From Caballeronia sp. (GTDB lineage Bacteria; Pseudomonadota; Gammaproteobacteria; Burkholderiales; Burkholderiaceae), in NCBI RefSeq assembly GCF_028292365.1, contig NZ_JAQGMM010000244.1, positions 12,898-76,897 on the forward strand: DNA of 64,000 nucleotides. The letters are read 5' to 3'. A program made the translations under genes and the position numbers. Shown one piece after another: positions 38,066 through 47,643 of the stretch (within the stretch, counting starts at the first letter, position 1; the number at the start of each line of letters is the position of its first letter). The notes under the pieces are model-generated. The model was not told the DNA's origin and made no database searches. It was given only the letters and a program-made list of their open reading frames with translations.

Positions 38066-40996
38066 ATGAAACATCACGCCCGCACTCAGGACGAGCGGCT
38101 CGAGATCAAGACGACCACGTGCTACATGTGCGCTTGTCGTTGCGGGATTCGCGTGCATTTGCGCGAAGGCGAAGTGCGATACATCGATGGCAACCCCGAG
38201 CACCCGCTCAACCAGGGTGTGATCTGCGCGAAGGGCGCATCTGGCATCATGAAGCAATATTCGCCTGCCCGGCTCACGCAGCCTTTGATGCGTAAGGCGG
38301 GCGCGGATCGTGGCAGCGCGCAATTCGAACCGGTGTCGTGGGACGTCGCTTTCAGTACGCTGGAAAAACGCCTTGCCGGCATCCGCGCCACCGATCCCAA
38401 GAAGTTCGCGCTCTTCACCGGTCGCGACCAGATGCAGGCGCTGACAGGCCTCTTCGCCAAACAGTTCGGCACGCCTAACTATGCGGCGCACGGCGGTTTT
38501 TGTTCGGCGAACATGGCGGCCGGCATGATCTACACGATCGGCGGCTCGTTCTGGGAATTCGGCGGCCCCGATCTCGACAGCGCCAAGCTGTTCTTCATGA
38601 TCGGCACGGCGGAAGATCATCATTCGAATCCGCTGAAGATCGCCATCTCGAAGTTCAAGCGTGCGGGCGGACGCTTTATCGCGATCAATCCAATCCGCAC
38701 GGGTTACGCCGCCATCGCCGACGAATGGGTGCCGATCAGGCCCGGCACAGACGGCGCGCTGTTCATGGCGTTTCTTCACGAGTTGATCGCGGCCGACGCC
38801 TGGGACCACGAGTTCGTGCGGCGCTATACGAACGCAGCCGATCTCGTCGATCTCAATGAAGCAAGTGAGAACTTCGGCCTGTTCATCAGTGATCCGGATA
38901 CGCCCGCGGGTAATCCGCTGTTTCCGCAAAATCATGCATGGTGGGATGCCGAAGCGGCGCGCGCCGTGCCGCATCATTCACCCGGCGTGACACCCGCGCT
39001 CGAGGGCCGCTATACGCTCGAGGACGGCACGCCCGTCGCACCGTCGTTCACATTGCTTCGTGAGCGCGTGGCGGATTGCACGCCCGAGTGGGCGGCTGAA
39101 ATGACGGGCATTCCCGCGGCCACCATTCGCCGTCTCGCGCAGGAGATGATTCAAACGAGCCGCGATCACCGGATCACGCTGCCCATTCGCTGGACCGACG
39201 CATGGGGTGAGACTCACAAAACCGTCACCGGGAATCCCGTCGCTTTTCACGCCATGCGCGGCCTGGCGGCGCACTCCAACGGCTTCCAGTCGATCCGTGC
39301 GCTGGCGGTGCTGATGTCGCTGCTGGGCACGATCGACCGGCCCGGCGGCTTTCGGCATAAATCGCCGTTTCCGCGCGCCGTGCCGCCATCGGCGAAACCG
39401 CCGAACAGCCCCGACGCCGTCAAGCCGAACACGCCGCTGGCAACCGGGCCGCTGGGCTGGCCCGCGGCGCCGGAAGACCTTTTCATCGATGAAAACGGCG
39501 GCCCCGTTCGCATTGATAAAGCGTTCTCCTGGGAGTACCCGCTTGCCGTGCATGGTGTGATGCATAGCGTGATCACCAACGCGTGGCGGGGAGATCCGTA
39601 CCCGATCGACACGCTGATGACCTTCATGGCCAACATGGCCGGGAACACGTCGATGAACACGACGAAGGTGCGCGAGATGCTCGTCGACAAACACGCGAAC
39701 GGTGACTACAAGATTCCGTTTCTCGTGGTGTGCGACGCGTTCCAGTCGGAGATGACGGCGTTCGCCGACCTGATCCTGCCTGACACCACTTACCTTGAGC
39801 GCCACGATGCCATGTCGATGCTCGATCGCCCGATCTCCGAATTCGACGGTCCGGCCGATTCCGTGCGCGTGCCGGTCGTGCCGCCGTCGGGCGAGTGCAA
39901 GCCGTTTCAGGAGGTGCTGATCGAGCTGGCGTCGCGGTTGAAGTTTCCAGCGTTCACCACGGCCGAAGGCACGCGGCGCTTTCGTGACTATCCTGACTTC
40001 GTCGTCAATTACACGACGACGCCCAATTCCGGAGTCGGTTTTTTGAGTGGATGGCGTGGCAAGGACGGGGACAAGGCGCTGGTTGGCGAGCCGAATCCGA
40101 AGCAGTGGGAGCAATACGCGAAGAACAACTGCGTGTTCCATCACGTGATGCCGGAGGACTTGCAGTACATGCGCAACTGCAATGGGCCGTATCTGGACTG
40201 GGCGGTGAAAAACGGCTTTCGCAAGTTTCGGGAACCCATCGTTATCCAGCTTTATTCCGATGTCATGCAGAAGTTTCGTCTCGCGGCACAAGGACGAACG
40301 AAGGGCCGGCAGCCTCCCGACCACCTGCGTGAGCGGGTCGAAAAATACTTCGATCCTTTGCCGTTCTGGTACGCGCCGCTTGAAAGCAATTCAACCGATC
40401 TCGTGCGCTTTCCACTTGCCGCAGTGACGCAGCGGCCGATGGCGATGTATCACTCATGGGACTCGCAAAATGCATGGCTGCGTCAAATCCATGGCGAGAA
40501 CTATCTCTACATGAATCCGTTGATGGCGGCTGAAAACGGCATTGCGGATGGCGGCTGGATTTACGTGGAATCGCAGTGGGGCCGCGTGCGCTGCATGGCG
40601 CGCTTCAGTGAAACAGTTGAGCCGGGGACGGTATGGACCTGGAATGCGATCGGCAAGGCGTCGGGGGCATGGAGCCTCGGCGCGAACGCGAGTGAATCGC
40701 AACGTGGCTTCCTGCTCAATCATTTGATCACCGACGAACTTCCCGGCGCGGACAAGGCGGATGAGGCAGCCGGACGTCTCTCGAACTCGGACCCAATAAC
40801 CGGGCAGGCTGCGTGGTACGACGTGCGCGTGCGGATCTATCCGGCGGAGGCCGACGCGCAACACACGCTGCCGCAGTTCGACGCCATGCGCGCGCTGCCG
40901 GGCTCGAACGGTGTGATATCGCGGATCGTGCAGACGTACTTCGCGGGGCGAGGCGAATTTGCGGCACGGCTGCGCGGTGCGGTAGGGCGCAAGTAG
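38066..40996 (+). CDS. soeA: Sulfite dehydrogenase (quinone) molybdopterin subunit SoeA
   Basis: TTCYMCACRCGI, FTGRDQ, HGGFCSANM, AEDHHSNP, HAMRGLAAHSNG, MYHSWDSQNAWLRQ; no Tat signal. Confidence 0.88.
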   Translation: MKHHARTQDERLEIKTTTCYMCACRCGIRVHLREGEVRYIDGNPEHPLNQGVICAKGASGIMKQYSPARLTQPLMRKAGADRGSAQFEPVSWDVAFSTLEKRLAGIRATDPKKFALFTGRDQMQALTGLFAKQFGTPNYAAHGGFCSANMAAGMIYTIGGSFWEFGGPDLDSAKLFFMIGTAEDHHSNPLKIAISKFKRAGGRFIAINPIRTGYAAIADEWVPIRPGTDGALFMAFLHELIAADAWDHEFVRRYTNAADLVDLNEASENFGLFISDPDTPAGNPLFPQNHAWWDAEAARAVPHHSPGVTPALEGRYTLEDGTPVAPSFTLLRERVADCTPEWAAEMTGIPAATIRRLAQEMIQTSRDHRITLPIRWTDAWGETHKTVTGNPVAFHAMRGLAAHSNGFQSIRALAVLMSLLGTIDRPGGFRHKSPFPRAVPPSAKPPNSPDAVKPNTPLATGPLGWPAAPEDLFIDENGGPVRIDKAFSWEYPLAVHGVMHSVITNAWRGDPYPIDTLMTFMANMAGNTSMNTTKVREMLVDKHANGDYKIPFLVVCDAFQSEMTAFADLILPDTTYLERHDAMSMLDRPISEFDGPADSVRVPVVPPSGECKPFQEVLIELASRLKFPAFTTAEGTRRFRDYPDFVVNYTTTPNSGVGFLSGWRGKDGDKALVGEPNPKQWEQYAKNNCVFHHVMPEDLQYMRNCNGPYLDWAVKNGFRKFREPIVIQLYSDVMQKFRLAAQGRTKGRQPPDHLRERVEKYFDPLPFWYAPLESNSTDLVRFPLAAVTQRPMAMYHSWDSQNAWLRQIHGENYLYMNPLMAAENGIADGGWIYVESQWGRVRCMARFSETVEPGTVWTWNAIGKASGAWSLGANASESQRGFLLNHLITDELPGADKADEAAGRLSNSDPITGQAAWYDVRVRIYPAEADAQHTLPQFDAMRALPGSNGVISRIVQTYFAGRGEFAARLRGAVGRK

Positions 40997-41035
40997 TCAC
41001 GCAAAGGCGACTCTAACAAGCAAAGGGGACATGCA

Positions 41036-41779
41036 ATGACTCAGATGGCGCTGGTGATCGACCTGAACGTGTGCGTGGGATGCCATGCCTGCGTGACGAG
41101 TTGCAAGGAGTGGAATACATCGGGCGAGTCGGGCAGCTTGGCCGACCTCAACCCCTACGACGCTGATCCGTCCGGCACGTTCTTCAATCGTGTCCAGAGC
41201 TTTGAGGCGGGCAGTTATCCGAACGCCGAGACTATCCATTTTCCGAAGTCGTGCCTGCACTGCGAGGATCCGCCGTGCGTGCCGGTGTGTCCCACCGGTG
41301 CGAGCTATAAGCGCAAGGAAGACGGGCTCGTGCTGGTGGACTTCGACAAATGCATCGGCTGCAAGTACTGCGCGTGGGCATGTCCGTACGGCGCGCGCGA
41401 ACTGGATGAAGAGCGCAAGGAGATGACGAAGTGCACGTTGTGCGTTGATCGTATCCATGATGAAAACCTTTCCGAGCGAGATCGCCAACCGGCGTGCGTG
41501 CTCGCGTGTCCGACTTCCGCGCGATTGTTCGGGGACATTCATGACCCCGAGTCCGTGGTGTCGAAGGCGATCAGGGAGCGCGGCGGTTATCAGTTGATGC
41601 CCGAATGGGACACGAAGCCTGCGAATCATTATTTGCCACGCAAGATGACGTCGGCTTCGGGCTGTGGGGAAGGCAGTTGTTCATGCAAGACAGGCTCCGC
41701 CGAGTCCATGCCGCAAACCGTGGACGCCCAACTCGAGCGTGGGCAATTGCATCTCGCGTCGGTCGCGACGCGTATCTAA
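41036..41779 (+). CDS. soeB: 4Fe-4S dicluster subunit SoeB
   Basis: CVGCHACVTSCKEWN, CLHCEDPPC, CIGCKYCAWAC, CTLC...C...C. Confidence 0.88.
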   Translation: MTQMALVIDLNVCVGCHACVTSCKEWNTSGESGSLADLNPYDADPSGTFFNRVQSFEAGSYPNAETIHFPKSCLHCEDPPCVPVCPTGASYKRKEDGLVLVDFDKCIGCKYCAWACPYGARELDEERKEMTKCTLCVDRIHDENLSERDRQPACVLACPTSARLFGDIHDPESVVSKAIRERGGYQLMPEWDTKPANHYLPRKMTSASGCGEGSCSCKTGSAESMPQTVDAQLERGQLHLASVATRI

Positions 41780-41790
41780 AGGACTCCGCA

Positions 41791-42741
41791 ATGAACCCCG
41801 CTTTCTCAGTCGTCTTTTTAACCACCTTAAGCGGCGCCGCGCAGGGTCTGCTGATCGCGCTCGTTGGCGTGGAGACGGTCTCTTATTTCGGCCTTCTTGT
41901 GGCGCCCCCAACGGCGTTTTATGTCGCGGGCGCGACGCTCTCGGTTGCTCTTGGCGGACTCGGTCTCATCGCCTCGTTCTTCCATCTCGGACATCCTGAA
42001 CGCGCGTGGCGCGCGGTCGCCATGTGGCGAACCTCGTGGTTATCGCGTGAATGCCTGTGTCTGCCGGCCTTTCTCGCGTGCGCATTTTTCTATGGCGTCG
42101 CGCACTGGTTCGGCTCGCCATGGTCGCTCGCGTTAGGGACCCTTGGTGTGCTCGCGAGCGCTGCACTGTTCGTTTGCTCGGCCATGATCTATGCGTGCCT
42201 GCGTTTCCTGCAGGAGTGGGCCACGCCGCTGACACTCGCCAACTTTGTCCTGCTTGGCTGCGCGTCCGGGTTCACGCTGGTCACCGCCTTGAGCGCGTGG
42301 TTCGCGCCTTCTCTAACCGCAAGCCTTGCCGCCTGCGCGTGCGCGCTGACGCTTGCTGGTTGCGCGAGCCGGTCGGCATCGCTCGTGCGCAATGCACGGC
42401 TGCGGCCCAAGTCCACGGTGCAGAGCGCGACGGGGATCAAGAACGCTAAGGTCGTGCAGGTATCGCGCGGTTTCACGGCCGGCGCATTCAATCTGCGCGA
42501 GTTCTTTCACGGTAAATCGGCAGGTACGCTGCGCGGGGTCAAGTGGGGATTCCTCGCGACGGCGTTTGTTGTTCCCATCGTGCTGCTGGCCTTGGGCGCA
42601 GGCGTGCATTCGATCGGCGGCTCAATCATTCTGCTCGCTGCGGCGTGTCTCGTGCAGTACGCAGGCCTGGTGGCGGAGCGATGGTTCTTCTTCGCCGAGG
42701 CGAAGCATCCGCAGAACCTTTATTACGCGCGCGTCGGTTGA
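41791..42741 (+). CDS. soeC: DmsC-family membrane anchor SoeC
   Basis: MNPAFSVVFLTT, FFHLGHPERAWRA, SWLSRE, ERWFFFAEAKH. Confidence 0.88.
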   Translation: MNPAFSVVFLTTLSGAAQGLLIALVGVETVSYFGLLVAPPTAFYVAGATLSVALGGLGLIASFFHLGHPERAWRAVAMWRTSWLSRECLCLPAFLACAFFYGVAHWFGSPWSLALGTLGVLASAALFVCSAMIYACLRFLQEWATPLTLANFVLLGCASGFTLVTALSAWFAPSLTASLAACACALTLAGCASRSASLVRNARLRPKSTVQSATGIKNAKVVQVSRGFTAGAFNLREFFHGKSAGTLRGVKWGFLATAFVVPIVLLALGAGVHSIGGSIILLAAACLVQYAGLVAERWFFFAEAKHPQNLYYARVG

Positions 42742-42882
42742 CGTTTGGCGTGAAATATTAAGTAAGGCCTTGAGAAGGTCGCCTCCTTTTCGATGGGTTC
42801 GCTTGCCCGAAACCTAGGATCATCGGCTTGACGATGAACGCAACGTCAACGCAACTTCAACGATGAATCAACGGGGGCAGGA

Positions 42883-43377
42883 ATGACCAAATCAGGCAAA
42901 TTGAAATCGAAACGGTTCAACGTGAGGCGTGCCGCCAGGAAAACCGCGCTGGCGTTATCGGCATTACTCATGCTGGGTGGTGGCTTGTCCGGGACGGCTC
43001 AGGCCGCGAGCTTCCACTGCGGCAAGCGGGTCTCAAGTTCGGAGAAGCTGGTGTGCAACGATCCCGAACTGTCGTCACTCGACGACAAGCTGGCGATCGC
43101 CTACAAGCGCGCGAAGGACGTTACGCCCGACACGGAAGCTTTTGAGGACGACCGGGTCAAGCAGTGGCAGTGGCGTCAGCACAACTGCAAGGACAAAGTC
43201 TGCGTGGTCAACTGGTACAACCGCCGCATCAGCGAACTCGACGCCGACTTCGATCAGGGAACTGAAAACCAGGTTACCGTGCTCAAGGCCAGCCTTGCTG
43301 AGCAAAATCTGGCGCCTCCGGCTCAAGCGGCCGTATTGAGGATCAAAGGCGACGCAGGTTCCTTGTCGATGCAATAA
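42883..43377 (+). CDS. Secreted LprI/DUF1311-like Cys-paired protein
   Basis: Signal peptide AQA-ASFHC...EKLVCNDPELSSLD...QWQWR..CKDKVC...Y..RI. Confidence 0.75.
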   Translation: MTKSGKLKSKRFNVRRAARKTALALSALLMLGGGLSGTAQAASFHCGKRVSSSEKLVCNDPELSSLDDKLAIAYKRAKDVTPDTEAFEDDRVKQWQWRQHNCKDKVCVVNWYNRRISELDADFDQGTENQVTVLKASLAEQNLAPPAQAAVLRIKGDAGSLSMQ

Positions 43378-43604
43378 CTTGCAGCCGCTGCTGGTTTAAT
43401 CGGTCTTGTGTACGAGACCTTGCGCAGGATTTGACGCGCTGGCACAGGTTATCCTGAGCCAGCTTTCTGGCGGTCGATCCGGGCAGAACCGACAATCGTG
43501 GATTCTGCCCAGGCTGTTTCTGTCGTTCCTGCGCGCCTTTGTCCGCATGACGTGTTACTGGACGTCTCTGGCCTCAAGCGAAACCTGAGCGGCCGCGTCT
43601 CTGT

Positions 43605-43838
43605 TCACTTGGTCCGCGGCTGCTCAAACGGCGACCGCGGCAAGGGTTCGCCATCGATGAACGCAGTGGCACTGCGCACAGCAAATTCAAAGGCACAGTC
43701 ACGATTGGCGAACTGTCCAAGATTGCCAAGAGAGGTTGCTTCGCCATCCTCCTCGAGGATGGAAACGCGCGCCAGGAACGTGTTGCCTAGTCTTGTTACC
43801 GACGGTTGAATAGCCGCACCATGGTGATAAAAGACCAT
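43605..43838 (-). CDS. Small hypothetical protein
   Basis: AAAGGAG RBS before ATG; 77 aa with globular composition. Confidence 0.7.
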   Translation of the reverse strand: MVFYHHGAAIQPSVTRLGNTFLARVSILEEDGEATSLGNLGQFANRDCAFEFAVRSATAFIDGEPLPRSPFEQPRTK

Positions 43839-44579
43839 CGCATCTCCTTTTCATTGATTGCCACGCTTCGATAACTTTAGCCCCGCCATTCGTCGGTCAA
43901 AAATATTAATTTTCCGCACCCAGCACATAATTAAAAGCAGGAACGCAGCACGTGGGCAATCGGCACCGTTTGTTCCGATCCGCCACACGTGCGAGCGCGC
44001 TGAAAGTGGCTTTGCCGTGTTGAAGTAGAAACATAATGACGGTCGAAAGGGGAGTCTTAGAAACTACGCGGATCAGACGACCGTTATGTGACGAAAGGGC
44101 TTCAAAGCCAATTGAAGCGCCGGGCAGCGAACGCCCGTGCCCTGTAAGCTAAGCCGTCGCACGAGACAATAGATCGCAGCAAGATTCAGCGACGAATCAC
44201 GTAGTCGCGGGCAATCCCATCCTGGACAGGGTCTCATTGTCCGCGCACAGAACGCATCTGCTTGTTGATAGGCGGTGCTTCGTTTGGCGAAACGTATCGC
44301 AGCGTGTTTGACATTATTGTGTTGGAGAATGAGGGTGCGACTGCACCCGGCGGCTAAGTTATATCGAATATCAGGTTGCTTTCGAGTTGCTTCTGCCGCA
44401 AGCGCACAGCTAACCACGCTGCTTTAAGGATCATCCAACCGCATGCCCATTTTTCGGCCTCCCACCTTGCAAGTTGCAGTGGAAAATCCGATCGCGCCTT
44501 CAGCGCGCGCTCACTCGTCGATGTCCTCGATTCCCTCGATTCAGAATCCCCAGCGGCAATCGCACGGGCGGTGCTTGTG

Positions 44580-45590
44580 ATGCGGACCCACGCACGTAAC
44601 GTCGCGACCCTGCTTGCTTTGCTCGGGGTCGGTCTCTCAATGGGCGTGCCTTTCATATTAGGCTCCCACGACCTCTTGGCCGGTCTTCGCACCGTCCCCG
44701 CAGAAGTATTCGTTGTGCTGGCTGCAAGCGCCGCCGTGAGCGCGTTAGCGAAGGCCGGCAAGCTTCAGCTAATGCAAACGACGTTAGGCTTGCGCGTGCC
44801 TTTCATGCGCACGTTTGCGATTACGCTCGTGACCGATTTCGCGTTCCTGGTGTCGCCACTGGGAGCGGCGGGGTATGGGGTCAATATCGGCTTGCTGCAG
44901 CGCGCCGGAGCGTCGTGGGCGATCGCCACCACGGTGGTGGGTGCCGACCAGGCACTCGACCTGACGTTCTTCGGCGTAGCGGTTCCGATCGCGCTTTTGT
45001 TCTCCATCGGCCCGTTGGCTCATTTGCTCCCGAGCGTGAGTTTGTCCGCGGTTGCCGTGACGTTGACAGGTCTCGCCATCTTGATGGGCGTGCTTTGGAT
45101 GTGCCGCCGCTACGTCGCGCATGCACTAGGGGCGGCGGGCCATCTTGTTCCATGGCTCAGGGCCCGGCGGTCCCGTTGGGACAAGTTCCGACACAGCGTA
45201 CATCAGCAGTGGCGGCTCCTCATCACAGGGCCTCGTGACCGGTTTGTCGCGCTGTTGCTGCTGACTACCTTGCAGTGGCTGCTTCGCTATAGCGCCCTAT
45301 GGTTCATCCTGCTGGAGCTCGGATACCGGTTGCCGCTTGGATTTGTCCTCGCGGTTCAGGCGGTTGTCTTGCATGCGGCGCTCTGGACTGGCGTACCTGC
45401 CGGCGGAGGCGGAGGCGATCTCGCGCTTGCAGCCGCATTCGCTGCCTGGGTCCCGCGAGCGGCCATGGCAACCGCCCTGGTTCTCTGGCGCTTCGCGACG
45501 CTCTATTGCCCGCTGATGCTGGGGGCTCTTGGCTTCGTTACGCTTGCTTCGAGCCGCCGCACGGCGACACCTACACCTGCTCCTGACTGA
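44580..45590 (+). CDS. Lysylphosphatidylglycerol-synthase TM (flippase-like) membrane protein
   Basis: About 8 TMs; VSPLGAAG, GVPAGGGGGD, LWRFATLY motifs; start uncertain. Confidence 0.75.
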   Translation: MRTHARNVATLLALLGVGLSMGVPFILGSHDLLAGLRTVPAEVFVVLAASAAVSALAKAGKLQLMQTTLGLRVPFMRTFAITLVTDFAFLVSPLGAAGYGVNIGLLQRAGASWAIATTVVGADQALDLTFFGVAVPIALLFSIGPLAHLLPSVSLSAVAVTLTGLAILMGVLWMCRRYVAHALGAAGHLVPWLRARRSRWDKFRHSVHQQWRLLITGPRDRFVALLLLTTLQWLLRYSALWFILLELGYRLPLGFVLAVQAVVLHAALWTGVPAGGGGGDLALAAAFAAWVPRAAMATALVLWRFATLYCPLMLGALGFVTLASSRRTATPTPAPD

Positions 45591-45620
45591 CGCTTCGAAA
45601 GCAGCTCAAGCCGCGTTGTC

Positions 45621-46385
45621 TTAAGCTGCGTTGTCGCGCGGGCTTCTGATTCTGACGAAGAACGGCGCGTGCCCGGCATGATCGACTCTTAACGAAAAGA
45701 GATGACATGTCTGTGACAGGAGCGCGAGCGGATAAGTGACTTTCAACAAGTCGGCAATCATGCGCCATTCCGCGCGGATGCCAGCCCAGTAGCCGAGCTT
45801 TTCGGTCTTGCGTGCCTGCGTCACCTTAGGCCAGTGAGTGACGGCAATCGAGAGCCGGCGTTCAATGATCAAGCGGTTCATGAACACCTCGATGCCAAAA
45901 CGCGGCAAGCCGTGAATTTCCTTGAGCGCGTCGCTTAACAATTCTTTCCTGACCACGCGCTCACCCGAAACGAAATCCAGGCCGATCGCGCGAAATAGCA
46001 GCAGGCTGTTCTGTCGCAGACTCAGGCTGACGTTCGCAGCGCCGCTTAGAACGGGCGCGGCGAGCGCCGTGATGTGTTCGCTCGCGAGCCCCTTGAGGTC
46101 CGCATCGAGCAGCATGAGCAATTCGTTCTGGGCAGCGGCAATGCCGACGGCCATCACTGCGCTTTTACCGCGATTTACCGGACACGTGATCAGCTTGGCA
46201 GAAGGAAAACGCCTGACGATGTCGGCGGTGTTGTCGGTCGAGCCGTCGTCGACCACGATAACCTCGGCCAGCAGCGGATGCACGGTTGCAATGGCCAGCA
46301 CAGCGCCAATCCGCGGGCCTTCGTTAAACGCGCAAATGATGCATGAAACACGGTGGCGATTGGACGATGTGGAAAGGGCAGTCAT
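45621..46385 (-). CDS. Glycosyltransferase family 2
   Basis: IICAFNE, VVDDGSTD, NRGKS, LDADL, SGER, FGIE. Confidence 0.9.
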   Translation of the reverse strand: MTALSTSSNRHRVSCIICAFNEGPRIGAVLAIATVHPLLAEVIVVDDGSTDNTADIVRRFPSAKLITCPVNRGKSAVMAVGIAAAQNELLMLLDADLKGLASEHITALAAPVLSGAANVSLSLRQNSLLLFRAIGLDFVSGERVVRKELLSDALKEIHGLPRFGIEVFMNRLIIERRLSIAVTHWPKVTQARKTEKLGYWAGIRAEWRMIADLLKVTYPLALLSQTCHLFSLRVDHAGHAPFFVRIRSPRDNAA

Positions 46386-46629
46386 GCGGGACGGCAGGTG
46401 AGCAATTGGAGAGAAGCGGCCGTAAGGTGCCGCGAAGGTATCGCGAGTGTTCCCGCTAAGGCGCCACAGCGCGTCGGTGCTGAGAGCGCGCTTTGCGTGT
46501 TTGGCATCCTACCGCACGAAGCGACAACGCGCCCCGCAGTCGAGGCAAACTTGATGAGGCGTTGGCTGAAGCTGATCGACTGCGGCGCGTGGCCGGCGTT
46601 CGTTGATCGAACACCCGGTGCAAACCGGC

Positions 46630-47523
46630 TCACGGCATCTCCCGCAGCATGTCGACAAACGCTTTCAGCCCGGAGGGCACATGGCGGTGTCCGGGATAGT
46701 AGAGAAACAATCCTGGGATGGACGGGCACCAGTCGTCCAGCACCGTCACCAGTTTCCCTGCATCTATATATGGCTGCGCGGACCGGTCCGGCACATAGGC
46801 AATTCCCATTCCGTCCGCTGCCGCCTCGGTCATCAACCCGAGATGGTCGAGGGTGAGCGGTCCCGGTACATCGACCGTCAACTCCTGGCCGTGCTTCGCG
46901 AATTCCCATCGATAAAGCTTGCCGCTTGGCAGCCGAACGCGAATGCAAGCGTGGTCCTTGAGATCGTCCGGTACGAGTGGCGGCGTGTGCCCGGAGAGAT
47001 AGGAGGGCGACGCGACCGCGAGAAAGCGCACCGGGCCGCCAAAGCGCACGGCGATCATGTCCTGCGGCAGTGCTTCGCCGAGTCTCACGCCGGCGTCGAA
47101 ACCGCCGGCCACAATATCGACCAGCCGGCCCTCCGTTACCAGGTCGACCGACATGTCCGGATATCGCGCGAGAAAAGTTGGGATAACTGATTGCATCAGC
47201 AACCGTGCCGCCGGCTCACTGGCATTGATACGAAGTGATCCACTGGGACGGCTACGCACCGCATCGACTTCTTCCAGCGCAAGGTCGAGTTCCTTCAGCA
47301 CCGGTTGTAGACGGGCGACGAGACGTTCGCCGGCCTCGGTCGGGGAGACGCTGCGGGTTGTGCGGTTCAGCAGACGCACGCCCACCTTCAGCTCCAGCGT
47401 TCGCATCATGTGACTGAGCGTGGAGGGCGAGACCCCCAGCTCATCCGCTGCTTTGCGAAAGCTGCGATGCGTGACGATCGCGGCCAGCGCAGTCAGATCA
47501 CCCAGGGCGGGCCGGTCATTCAT
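46630..47523 (-). CDS. LysR-family regulator
   Basis: SFRKAADELG...LLNRTTRSVSPTEAG; FDAGVR. Confidence 0.95.
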   Translation of the reverse strand: MNDRPALGDLTALAAIVTHRSFRKAADELGVSPSTLSHMMRTLELKVGVRLLNRTTRSVSPTEAGERLVARLQPVLKELDLALEEVDAVRSRPSGSLRINASEPAARLLMQSVIPTFLARYPDMSVDLVTEGRLVDIVAGGFDAGVRLGEALPQDMIAVRFGGPVRFLAVASPSYLSGHTPPLVPDDLKDHACIRVRLPSGKLYRWEFAKHGQELTVDVPGPLTLDHLGLMTEAAADGMGIAYVPDRSAQPYIDAGKLVTVLDDWCPSIPGLFLYYPGHRHVPSGLKAFVDMLREMP

Positions 47524-47643
47524 GGCTAATTTTCACCAAGTCATCAAATATCGTGCGGATAGTATCAGGAATAGAGGGCGTCTAGCATGGTCCTCAAGAC
47601 GCGCTGCAATCTCGCGGCGCAGTTGGTTTTGGGGACAATTCAC

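Noticed and set aside
37355-40324. Long antisense ORFs (540 aa and 448 aa) opposite the Ldh_2 gene and soeA
   Set aside because: Shadow ORFs expected from high-GC codon bias; they show no recognisable motifs.
38066-42741. DMSO reductase DmsABC or formate dehydrogenase
   Set aside because: There is no Tat signal, and the motifs (CYMCACRC, FTGRDQ, MYHSW..QNAWLRQ) fit SoeABC better.
44044-44170. yybP-ykoY (Mn2+) riboswitch suggested by AAAGGGGAGT...CGAGAC
   Set aside because: The GGGGAGUAGC core and downstream conserved elements are not properly matched, and no Mn-related gene follows.
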